Below, piece after piece: positions 52,551-64,000 of a DNA stretch of 64,000 nucleotides. A program made the translations under genes and the position numbers. A model generated the notes under the pieces. It saw nothing but the letters and a program-made list of their open reading frames with translations. It was not told the origin of the DNA and ran no database searches. The stretch's first letter is position 1. Each line of letters starts with the position of its first letter. The stretch comes from Balanoglossus misakiensis. Its lineage: Eukaryota; Animalia; Hemichordata. The stretch covers positions 10,262,190 through 10,326,189 of the forward strand of contig CM082584.2 in NCBI GenBank assembly GCA_040954595.2. Reading direction: 5' to 3'.

Positions 52551-54012
52551 TGCACACGGCGAGACTGTTGTAAGCGCTTGCAGGTGAAAATGTTAAACAA
52601 GCGCATTTGAATAACCGAAAGTTGCACACGGTGTTCAGAATTGCTATAAAATCTTAACACGCAATGAAAAAATCATTATATTATAGTATCTCTCAAATTT
52701 TCGGAATAATTGTTTTGTTTGCTGACGATCTTTAACCATAACAATAAATATTTATATATCCCTTCTGGTTATCTTCTCCCCCCCCCCCCCCACCTCCGAA
52801 ATGTTTAAAAGATGTTCGTGGCAATTCATTTTGTTGTTTTATTGGAATGCTTCAAGACGATTTGCTTTTTGACTAGCATTGTGTCGACACAGGTATTAGC
52901 GTCTTCCCTGCAATGAAGGGGCAGGGTCACGATGTTTTCCAACTCCGCAAGCTTGTTTCTCTACAGAGGTCAAACACAACAGCATATCATATACCAATCA
53001 AGCCGTTCACAGTCAGTTGCTAAAATAAGCATTGCCTATTATTGTCAAATCTGAAACTTCCAGGAAATTGTCACGGTCGCGCGGTGTCTTGGGGTCGGAT
53101 GTTGAGTCGTCATCCGTGTGTAGATGTGGTCGTCTCTCCTCAAGACGTACACACTAAGCGTGATGACGATTGTTCTCCACCAAAGCATATACACTATTAA
53201 ATACCATATCAATGTTAACTCAATTCACTGGCTGGCGGAAATAGCAGATAATGCGACTTTAAATGCATAAGCTGACAAAGTATGCCATCCATTTTTCCCC
53301 TCCCTGAAAAAAAAACGTCAGGTAAAATAAGCAGCTAAAACTTGTTCAAAAATACATATCGTCAAATAAATGCTATCTATGTTTAATTCAGTGTGATCGT
53401 ACTGGGAACAGAAGAAAATTGAAGGGTATTCCGTTCGTATTGAATGACATTGAATATAGCATAATATTCCATGTAAAGTGGGAGTTAGATTACATTTGCC
53501 CTGAGGGCCTATATGTGGAGGTTTCAGGCTAGACTTGCCAAATTAAAAAGCGGTTCAAAGAACTTGCTTAGTCACGCGCACATAGCCCGCTCTGAATAAT
53601 GTAACGTTTGCCATACTAAGTAATACCTTTCCAAAGGGTTTATCTCGCTAAAGATAGTCCACTGGAGCATTTTTTCCTCGGTCTTTCCCTGACAATATTA
53701 TTTCTTCTGAACCTGTGGACTTTCTGTTTAGCGAGGCTGGGTACTGTGTTCCGGCAGCAAGATGCGAATATGCTCGCCCTCTCTTTAATAGGTTTCGCCG
53801 GTATTATTACATTTGGTCGGTTGTCGGCTCCCGTGTGCAAGGGACACAGAATGCTTCGCATTCTCCAGGGGTCGTGGCATGATATACTTACAGTCAGTTG
53901 GCATCGCCCCAATTCTCCGCTCCCGTGTGCATCGAGTGCAAGTACATGTACTTGTACAACTCTCCACGTGTTAGTATACGTATAGCTTGCTAATTCGTGG
54001 CTCCCGTGTGCA
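52551..54012. promoter_or_regulatory. Cluster of metal-response-element (MTF-1-type) motifs TGCACACGG
   Basis: + strand at 52551 and 52623; - strand at 53831-53839, 53923-53931 and 54004-54012; an extra TGCACTC core on the - strand at 53934-53940. Confidence 0.5.
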
Positions 54013-57000
54013 TGATGTAACATAATTCATCCACGTGTTATTTGCATTCACTGTCTCTAAAATTTCCAAGGATAGTTTTGTGGGAGTTAGAAACATCACA
54101 ATTTCTTGATTGATTTATTTGGTCCAAGGTCAGTGATCTGTAATTTTTTGTTTATGTCCAGATTTATGACAGCACTCAAATATGCCTTTGATGCTTTTGA
54201 TCCTTGAACAAGGACAAACCTGTCAGCTGATCTGTTAGTAGCGAGCTTTACGTGTCAGCTGCTCATAATAAGAGTAGTATATGTTAACTTGGTGTTCTTC
54301 CCGCTCTTCATCGGAGTAAGTCTTTAGCGAGACCTCAAAATCAAGATAAAAGTGAAAAGGGGTCTCTTGATAAGCCACCATGCCCTGTAATCAGATGTCC
54401 ATCATTTCAATAGGTGATTTATTCAACCGCCATTTAGCTCTGTCATTCTCGTCTCCCATTCGTCCCCGGTTGCAGCGCCATTTATAAAAACACTCTCCTC
54501 TGAATCAAAATAGACGCCAGCGCCACACACACGCTGACGAAGGTGGCGCAATTTTCGTATTTTGCGGGGGGAAACATCATTAATTCACAATTAAATCCGT
54601 CATATTTCACATGTGACGGTGACATCATGCCTCGGAGGAAAAAATCTGTTTCTTGGTGACTAAAATAAGACAGCTGAAATGTTGACGTATGCAAGGAGAG
54701 AGAGAGAGAGATCGCGTTCTGTTCCATTTTCCAAAACTCCTCTGTGTACATTCCTGCTGCCATCCTTTGAAAAAGAAAATGAAAAGAGCGCTTATCTGAA
54801 ATTCTAGAAAGAAAGAAACCGTGGGATGTAAGAAAACTCTGCTCCTTAATCCACATAGCTGATTCAGGAATTCGATTGAACCGCTAAATCCGAATGTTTG
54901 TGGTGGCAATGAATGATATTTCGATTACCACTTTGCTCGGCTAAAATGCAAGTAATTTGATGAGAACGTTCTTGCCGGCAGAAGCCCATCTTATTAAGCA
55001 CGCTCGGCGTTTGAATGCAGCGTCGACGACAATGCCCGCAGATACAATAGGATTCGACGAAGAGTTTTTTGGGGCATATTAAATTACATTATGTGGATTA
55101 AATTTGCCTGAATTTTGCATGACGGTTACTGCAACAATTACCGAGTGTAATAATGTTTGTATTTCCAATGACTGGTTTACACAGAAGCTGGGTTGTTGTG
55201 AACGGCGACGGTGAGTCCCCGGCGAAGTAGTTTAACCCCTCGTCCTTCCCTAATCCCCGAGACACAATTTTGATAGCATCCGAGTCAGAAAACGCGAATG
55301 ACTGTTAATATTTCTAACGAGTCGGGCCTGGGCTTGGTGTGGTCTCCTTCCCGTTGCCGACAAAGTCGCTAGCCAGCCGTTAAAAAAATCACATGTCAAG
55401 CGCTGGCAATTTTGAACCGTCATTTCGTTCATCCGCTCGATTTGTAGTACGGTATTTGACAAGAGTGTATATGTACTATACTGTAGAGTAATATCGCAAC
55501 TCTCCATTCCATGTACTCGCTGATTGAGCATCCATATGTCATTTCCTTCAATTTCCCGCCCGCTAAAATTGACAGTCATTTGCAGGGATATTTTGCTCTT
55601 GCAGCCAGGGAAGAGCGCTTGTTCTCCAGTGAATATAACGGGCTTTCAATCCCGAGCCTACATTCTATCGCTTCCCAGAATTTGTACCTCGATCTAATTT
55701 GCACACTTTTCGTTCCCAAAATTATCAATGACTGTCATCCATCCTATATAAATCCACGGTCTTGTCCCTCTATACATGTAAATAGTCCCTCTTCGATATA
55801 TTGTATGTTTTTCCATGAAACGGAGACACATCATAAATGGAGGACATATGATATAGACATCTGAATGGAGACGAATCCGTAGAGCAAACAATGGATTCTA
55901 TCTTTAATTCCTTTGCATTGCCTTCAATAAAATATAATCCTCGGCATTATAATAATTTCAAAACGTTTAACTCAATTCCTGCAGATAGCAAACAGGATAA
56001 GTGGTGACACAGATCGTAGACAAACAAAAATCAGAGTTTATCGTAAGCTGTAGATTGCTCATAAAATTGATCTACAAATACATCAACTGTTTGTGTGTGC
56101 GTGCTCGGCACAATCGTTTTGTGAAAGTTTAAACTTTCGAAGTGTAGATACACTCGACTGGAATTATTCAATGTATTGTCTGGTGTGCCGGGACAGATTG
56201 CTTGTTAATACGAGAGGCGGGCGCTCTCGCATTGATGGCTGGATCTCCGGGGAAATTATGAAGTTGCGATGCGATCGCTATAGAACATTAGGCGCCAAAA
56301 TCTAGATTTGATGACCCTTACCCAACACAATATACTGAAAGCATTAGAAAAACAGGGTGTTTACCAAGATAAATAATCAATTTGACTGAGATGTATTGGC
56401 TGTTGTGGGATTTCATAATGTAATTGATTTGGTTTTTTTGTGCGCTACATCAATATTGTATAAACGCATTAAAGTCGCGCTCTACAGCCGCTGCACCTGT
56501 ATGTGTCGCGGAGATAAGGCTGTGTTGAGGACGCTAGCGGCGAGGGACCGCGCGGTGTGCAGAGGGAAATGCCGACAACTCTCGTCGGGGACCGACATCA
56601 AGATAATGGTTCAACCAGATTGGATGCGTGTCATATGGACATTCATTAAAACTCAGGAGAGCATGGACAAATCACTGACGGTGTAGGGCCCCCAACTCCT
56701 TATTTCCGCTACAATGCTCGCTGATTTATCATTGATATCATACTCCACAAACTTGCAGCGTCAACCTAGCGTGCACACAGCCTCGGGAGAGAAGTCAAAC
56801 GTCATACCTCGATTACTATAATAAATATTACAAAAAAATGTAGACAAGAATGCGTTCTCTAACCGCCGCGGTATACTTTACACACTGGTGTATGTCTGTC
56901 AGACAGCCATCGTAATTACGAAGTCGACATCCATCCTTTATGTGAGAGTGAAAATCGCATATATTTGTTTCCAATGCCATTCCTGACAAGATAATGGTTG

Positions 57001-59567
57001 CCAGCAAAAACGTTTGCCCGAGTCATCAACGAGCCCGATAGAAAATTGCCACTGTGACATCGTTATCTTCGGCGTAGTTGCGTGGTTGAAAAAAAAACCC
57101 GCCTCCAATTAATTTGGGAGGCGGTGGAAATCACAGCCGCTCCCACGAGGAGAGTGACACCGCGATTATTGCACAGACGTTACGCTGCACGCGGACAAAA
57201 CTATTTGTTTCTTTTATCATATAAACCTTGACGGGAGTCGCATCATAGTCGTTTATCTCAATTAGCGAAATTACACGCCACAAGAGAGCGCCGACCGCTG
57301 GCGTTTCTTCAAACGCCGCCATCATTTTCGCTGAAAAAAGGGCGGCAATTATTTCACGTTTTCAATAAACCCTATCACCATAAAGCGGGTTCAGTCAAGA
57401 AAATAAACTGAAATACGAGCAGATCGACTGCCACCGTATTGGCGGTGTACGACTTTGTATACTTTCCTAATGCGCAGATTGATTAAAATGTCTGTTTTAC
57501 TCTCAAACTCGTTTGCTGCCATTAAATGATGAATTGCCCCGCTGTCCCAACAGTAAGGAGTGGAATTGCCCGCGTTTTACATCGGCTTACGCCCTGTTTA
57601 CAGTTCAGTGGTTCGCTGGAGAAATATTAAAAGTTATTTCTGTCGGATATTGGCCGCTTAGGGTTAATTAAACGTTTCTTTCTCTGCACATTCCGCCAGT
57701 TCCTATGCGCCGCCATAATTTTATGGTTTCCATGGGAACGAACCGGCTTTGTATGAACCACGAGCTACCGATGCTAAAAGCGGACGTGTGTCGCGCGCGG
57801 TTTTAAACTATCGTAAATATGATATTAAATAAGATATCGTTTGTAAAACCTTTGACTTCGCTTTGCGTGCCCGTGTTGAAAATGTGTCTTGTTAACCTGC
57901 GAACCGAATCGCCATCGATAATTCAACAATCAACGGAATGTTTTGGCGTGATTTGAATCCGATAATGAAACCGATCCGAAATGTCTTCTCAACTCTTTAG
58001 AACACTTTCCTAGCGGAGACATATCGAGAGAAAAAATAACCTCCATAAATAAGTTACCAAATTTCAATATCTCTTGAAATTCAAGTGTCTTCAAGATGTC
58101 TGTCAGTGTGTATATGAAAGTAATATAGTGCCCGATTGTGTTGTGTCATATTAATTTTAGTCAAAATCGTGGAAAGGGCACTCCCGATTGTGGAGGGGGG
58201 GGGGGTATGTGGATACGCTGAGGAATATGTGAATCTAGTTCCTAGTACAATAATAAAGTGACCCACTTGACTGTTTTTGTGCTATCGAACAGGAGATCGC
58301 AAAATGGTTTCCCCCTAACAGTCAGGGACACTCTTTTGATGACGTCGACAGATACCGAACAACCTGTCGGCGCATCAGAAGGTTTCTCAGAAGTGTATAC
58401 TCAGACTGCACACACAGTTTATCTGGGATTGCGCCTAGCGTCGTGATGAAACGATAGGTAATTGCTACAGCTGCATGCCCAATCTGATAGCCGGTCGTTT
58501 TTAAAGCTCAGCCGTGTCGATCAGATAGGCTGGCGGGGAGAGGGGGTTGAGAATCCTACCGGCATTCGGCGGACTCTGTGTACTTTTTTTCAGTTGCCGA
58601 TGTAAACATCGTCACTCTCGAGAAAGTGAGGGGGGAGAAACTGGGCTGCTTTTGAAGTGAGTTGATATTTGCCGACTGGGCAGGCAGGCAGTTGAAGGTG
58701 GTTGTTTCCCAGAATACACTGCGCGCCAGAGATCTGCCAGTGTCTCAGTTTAGCTGCAGCTGGATGCTGGGCATTTCATCAAGCTTCAGGGATTTGAAAC
58801 AGAAACGGCAGTAGATAGACAGAACAGAAATACTGAAACCATAGTTACACTTAATGCCAGCACCGCGCGTGGCTGTATGGAGATGTAGCATCACCTGGGG
58901 CGTGACATTGAGCCATGACCGATGCGATATGAAATTTAAAAAAAAATTGTATATTGTGTATTAGAGTTGTCAGCTCCGGGAACAGGAGAGAGTGACATAT
59001 AGGAAGAAGCACGCGTTTGTTTTAAAACAATTATACGCCATAACATTTAAAACGAAATCATCACAGAAGTCACGTGACGTCAATTCAGAGATGGCGATGT
59101 AATATTTTCATTAAGAAACGACAGGCACTTTCGTTTTATTGTTGGCCATGATTGGCGTACGGCGTGTCACGTGATCCTCCAGGGGTCAACAGATGTTGAA
59201 TTCAGCCTCGACAAAATGCATTAGAAATGGTCTTTAGTGGGTTGGGAGAATCGCCGGCGGGCAAGTGTCAGTTCCCAGTGTTCACAATAATGTCCACATT
59301 TTACTTTTCCGCGCGGCCTCTCAGGATGTTTTCCCATTGACTCGCGTGAGAGAACAACTCCTTTAGACTTTTGCATACACACACAGTACCGAGTTTCGCT
59401 GATGTAACCTGATACGCAGACCAAGTCCCCGGATTGTCTCTGCGCGCGCGTCTGCGCCCTTCTCTCGACTGGCCGTAATTCCCGGTTTCAAGGGTTTACT
59501 CGCAGTATCAAATCATTTCCTTTTATGTCAAAGGTGTTTTTTTTCACGAAACGAAATTTGAAATTAA

Positions 59568-59918
59568 GATAGTGTGCGCCTCAAAAATAAAGTCATAAAC
59601 ATTTCCTTATATTTTGCTCAAGGCAACTTCATATTATTTTCTCTTAGAATTGAGGGTAATATTTGGGGGGGGGGGGTCGACGTGCGAATTATTATGAACG
59701 AGGGGCCGAAATGTCTGAAATTTGACATTCAAAATGGCCGCCAATCTCTGTGTTAACTCATTAAGAAAATTCACAGAAATGATTTTTATTGAAGACAAGA
59801 TGGTGAACACCCTGATTTCTTCTTTGTTTTAAAGGATAGTTCTCACGCAGTTCAATGTAGCAAAGAATTAAAAATGGAGGAGAATATATGAAACTGTGGC
59901 ATCGAGGAGCATACTGCT
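59568..59918. mobile_element. Old, degenerate TTAA-type (Kolobok-like) MITE
   Basis: TTAA|GATAGTGTGCGCCTC at the left end and an imperfect inverted copy GAGGAGCATACTGCT at the right end; the right-hand TTAA is not intact. Confidence 0.45.
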
Positions 59919-62423
59919 TTTTGTAAAAGTGATTAACGGTCAGCAAATATCCACGTTCCGGAGTATTTCTGTCCAATCATTCCGTGTTGTGTATTTACAT
60001 GTTGGATACCTAGAAAACCGAAACGACATAAGTTTCATATCAACTTACACAAACCCCGTTGGTTTGGGATAATTTTTGGATAGTTTTTTTTTTCTGCCCT
60101 CTTAAAAACTACTTTTAACTCGCCAGAAGCAAGTTGACAAAGCGCAAGTCGTAAACAGCTGCCGAAACAGGTGTAGCCGCCTTCACTTTCAAGTGTACGC
60201 AAGCGTTATCAATTTAAGGTGGCTTGCTTGCCCCGACCGTTAATAGCTGGCCCAGTGCTTGTTTGGCTTCGTCATCCCCTGCTCACACAGGCAAATATCA
60301 TTAAAAAGTAAACGCCCGCAGCTTTTGCCGCCCGATGTTTTCTCTGCCGCCAATGTATACCCTTGCCTCCGCCAACCCTTATCGCAGCTTTTAAAGAGGC
60401 GGCGAAATACTCACTGCAATTTTCGTGGTGACTTGTCACCCTGCCAGTGTCTGATAAAATTGCGATAATTCGATGAAATTTGAGATGGAAGCTGAGAAAG
60501 AAAGGGAAAATCGCCCGTCATTAATATAGCAATGAACGGGACGGAATTATCTTCAAAACAGGGGCTCTTGTGAAAAATGAAGGACCCCTCTGTAGAATAT
60601 ATGTCAATTTGTGAAGGACAATAATGATAGTCTCTTTATTATGATATGCCGTGTTCGACACCATGCCCGCCAAGGGCGTATGGCTTTCCGTCAATATCTG
60701 GATTCCATTCACGGCAAGAGGAAGCGCTCAGCGGAGAGCAGACCTCAAAACCCCGTGATATCCGTCATTTTCGCGCTTTCTCCCCCCCCCACTCCACAAC
60801 CTGGGAGTAGGCATGGCAGCACCCCCACCCACCCCCACCACCACCGCCAGTGCAGTGGTGCTGGAACTCTTCGTTGCGATGTGTTTACAATCAGTATTCT
60901 TGTGGACAACTGACGACTTGTATTGATATTTCATGTTTTAAAATTACGGGCACTTGGTTGTGTTTGTAAATTTATCTGATGACACTGATTTCTGCGCGCA
61001 AGATCCGTGTCGATTAAGGAGTCGGTGATCTAAAAGCACGATCCCGCGTATTGCGTTTTTAACCGATAAAGTCAGCCGATAACAGAAATGTCTGAACTAC
61101 AGAATTTGCAAATTACAGCAAGGGGGTGGAGGTGGAGGGGGGGGGTAAGGTATGCGCCGCTCTCCCCTCTATATCAGTCAGCTGGAACGACAGAGGACAA
61201 TACTCCACGCCCGATGGTCGATTCGCTCTACCGTACCTCAGCAATTGAAAAGTGCCGCTGCGCGACGCTCCTGCTACTTTTGGCGGCAAAGCGGCAACAT
61301 TTTTTTATTGATTCCTTCGCGAATTTACGCACGCTTGGATAAGCTTATCTAAAAGTGTGGACCAAATGAAAGTGTTAAAGCTAAGTTGGCTCCACTCTCT
61401 CTCGCTCTCTTTACGTATCGGCCTAATTTTAGTTTTAAGAAAAAAACACCTAAAAAGTTTGTCTAATAACGCTTTTCAAGGGTCACTGTCGCCCGATCTC
61501 CCCCTGTTTCAATAAGCCTCGTTTTAAAGTATTCCCAACCTAAGGCTAAGATAGACACGGGGTTAATGGTAGCGAATTTCAGCTGTGTGTTATCTACCAC
61601 AAAGGAACCAGCATCCGGCTTATGCGTCAGATTTAAGCGACACGCGCTTCAAAGGCCGGAGCTGTTACCACGCTGTTGGGAATATTTACCAAAGACGCCT
61701 TCAAATTGTGTAGCTGTTCAGAGCGGCGATATTAAATTATGCCAAATTGCTCGCACGAAAGCGTCAAATCCAGATCCCAACCAACAATAAAATAACAGCT
61801 TATGATTATACGTCTGGCGGGCAGTAGCTGTTTTTTCCTCCCGTGTAAAAACTCCTGCGATTACATCCGAACGGCCGGAGGCAGAAATCTTGAAAATTCC
61901 CTTTCGAGGTCGACTGTTTTGATGGCAGAAAACCCCCATTGTAAGCGTAATACTACCTTAGTCGATTTCCTACAATGAAGCTGTGATTTGATCAGACGCT
62001 GCATTAGGCCAGCTCTACAATCATTTTTCGTTCTATTTAGGTGCGCTTTAAACGCCAGAACGTACAGAGTTTTGCCCTTGAAATCCTTCCAAGTTTAAAA
62101 AAAACAGCAGCGGGAAACAACAGCGTTTAAATCGAGGTATCAACGCGTCACGTGCCTTGGAGGCGATCAGCTTTTTCTCAAAGGCGTTTGACCCCTTGTT
62201 AGTGCTTGCTAATTGCAGCTACTTCAAGGCGTTCGTGATTATACATGAGTGCATGCTTAAATTTCATGACTTCTATTCGTTCCGCTGGTGAATCGGAGGG
62301 GGCTTGGAACCGTAAATACTTCCTGCTCTATACTAAAATCATAAGTAGGGTGGTCGAATTTTGGATCAGATTTGATGATTTTAAATATTCAGACCAAACA
62401 AAGAAAGTATAACTAAGCTTATA

Positions 62424-62491
62424 TAGGTATGTAGGTTGGTTGCTGGGTAAGTAAGTAGTTAGGTAAGTAAGCATTTGTAAGTAAGTAAGTT
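62424..62491. repeat. Degenerate (GTAA/GTAG)n simple repeat
   Basis: Directly visible. Confidence 0.6.
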
Positions 62492-63846
62492 GGGGGAGAG
62501 GTGCGCCCCGCGGCAGTTTGCGAAATACACATCCCCAGAAACAGAAAACGGCTTCCTGAAAAGGGACATTTTGTCTGGACTGAAATTGCTGGTTTTGCGT
62601 AGGCCTATATCAACTGTGATGACAGGCTGAACCATGATACGGGGCGTGTCAACATGCTGTACGGAGTAGAACAAGAAACTGTAGTGTGGTCGTGCAGATA
62701 TGGAGTTGCCTGGGCACGAACACGCAGCAGAAATTCGGGAATCGTCGTATATATGAATTTCAGAGCAGTGCGTCAATTTCACCACGTGACACTCCGCGAG
62801 CACGTTGCCACGGTGTTTCACGTGCCCGGTCGATGCGTCATAAAAAGTGATACTTCATATTGGGGGGGGGGGGGGGGGAGAGGGAAATTTAGCATTATAA
62901 ACATGTTATGGTGTTGACGTTAATATTGAATTGCCGCCATCGATCGAGGGGAGTGAAAAGCTACGCTTTGAGAGAATACATAGATGGAGGTCACTCTTGA
63001 CACCTTGACTCCATTGTTGAACGATGTCATTGTGGTTTGGTCAAACAGCATGTCGCATCTCGCAACAACACGTGACGTTTGACGTTGAGACTCAATAAAA
63101 TGAAGTCTCTTTTTCTACACGGGTCACTTTTCCAGTGGCTCCTCAATTTACACCTGCGAGTCGCTTTTGTAACGCGACACCTATTTGGGTATAGCTTTTG
63201 TCACCGAAGGGGGGAGTATGCAATCCGCGAGAGTGGTGCCGCTAATAGCAGGGCTGAGTCGTATCAGTCTTTGTTGCATGTGCTAATAGCTTTGTTTTCG
63301 GGTGCGCGGGGATCGATGCTGGAAAGTGGGATCAGCGTGGCTTATTTGGAAATGATACACGTTACCGACAAGCGTTTCGCTAAACAACCTTATTGATTAG
63401 AAAGATCGGTGAGAACTTCTCGTGTAAATGGCTCCGAGCATCTTCCGTGTTGTGTTGCAAAAAGAGTGTATTATATCGATTCTCTTTGTGATTGCTTAGT
63501 CTTTGTGTACGCTCCCCGACCAGACGTTTATCTTTAGCTTCCGCTCTCCTCTGCCTAATCTGTTGAGGTATTAATTAGTATTGCCCAGTGTCTAACCCCT
63601 ATCCCATCTCCCCTATCCCCACATCACCATCACTATTGTAGCTATCCTCCTTACGGCATGCAATTTTTCTTAGGTTCGGGTGCAACAAAACTTTGAGTAC
63701 TTAAGATGTATGTATTTGTGTGTGTGTGGAGGGGGGGGGGTATACACCTACGCAAGCATGCATGCATTTAATGTACATGTACATGTATACATACATACAT
63801 GAATGCTTATGCTTACACGTACGCACGGATATGTCGATGTCCATGT

Positions 63847-64000
63847 ATACATACATACATACATACATACATACATACATACATACATACATACATACAT
63901 ACATACATACATACATACATACATACATACATACATACATACATACATACATACATACATACATACATACATACATACATACATACATACATACATACAT
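63847..64000. repeat. (ACAT)n microsatellite running off the window end
   Basis: Directly visible perfect tetranucleotide array. Confidence 0.98.

Larger units (their letters stand above)
32673..64000 (+). other. Inferred giant intron of ZNG1/CBWD (>31 kb), non-coding and rich in enhancer-like motifs
   Basis: The coding sequence stops at ...EILRLK|GT without a stop codon. The expected next segment (G-x-V...VQ-x-VHELYD...) was not found by eye, and there is no credible long ORF in the region. Confidence 0.7.

Noticed and set aside
53785-53967. Cys-rich minus-strand ORF (ESCTSTCTCTRC) as a metallothionein
   Set aside because: Non-ATG start; the Cys run comes from TGTACA/TGCA motifs and the rest lacks metallothionein Cys spacing
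63701-64000. MYVC-repeat ORFs
   Set aside because: Translation of the (ACAT)n microsatellite

Overview
Eukaryotic, intron-containing DNA from an invertebrate, most likely a deuterostome. The repeat style suggests an enteropneust hemichordate, which I cannot verify. Four protein-coding loci lie on the + strand: (1) the last exons of the Golgi/ER transporter SLC35E1, (2) an intronless FoxE forkhead gene, (3) a single-exon ANKRD34/ANKRD63-family ankyrin protein, and (4) 12 tightly packed coding exons of the zinc metallochaperone ZNG1/CBWD. After these, ZNG1 appears to enter an intron of more than 31 kb that fills the rest of the window. Mobile DNA includes a 5'-truncated Tx1-clade LINE inside a (TCA)n microsatellite upstream of FoxE, and TTAA-flanked Kolobok-like MITEs. 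The main observations are: a candidate two-exon alternative SLC35E1 C-terminus that straddles the canonical last exon and carries a PP1 RVxF motif; a Tx1 element with exactly 22 TCA units on each side; a cluster of MTF-1-type metal response elements inside the zinc-chaperone giant intron; a ~30-bp-period array of a conserved motif with variable spacers; and a FoxE-ZNG1 linkage that predicts a FoxD gene beyond the window. All calls come from reading the sequence by eye; no searches were run.
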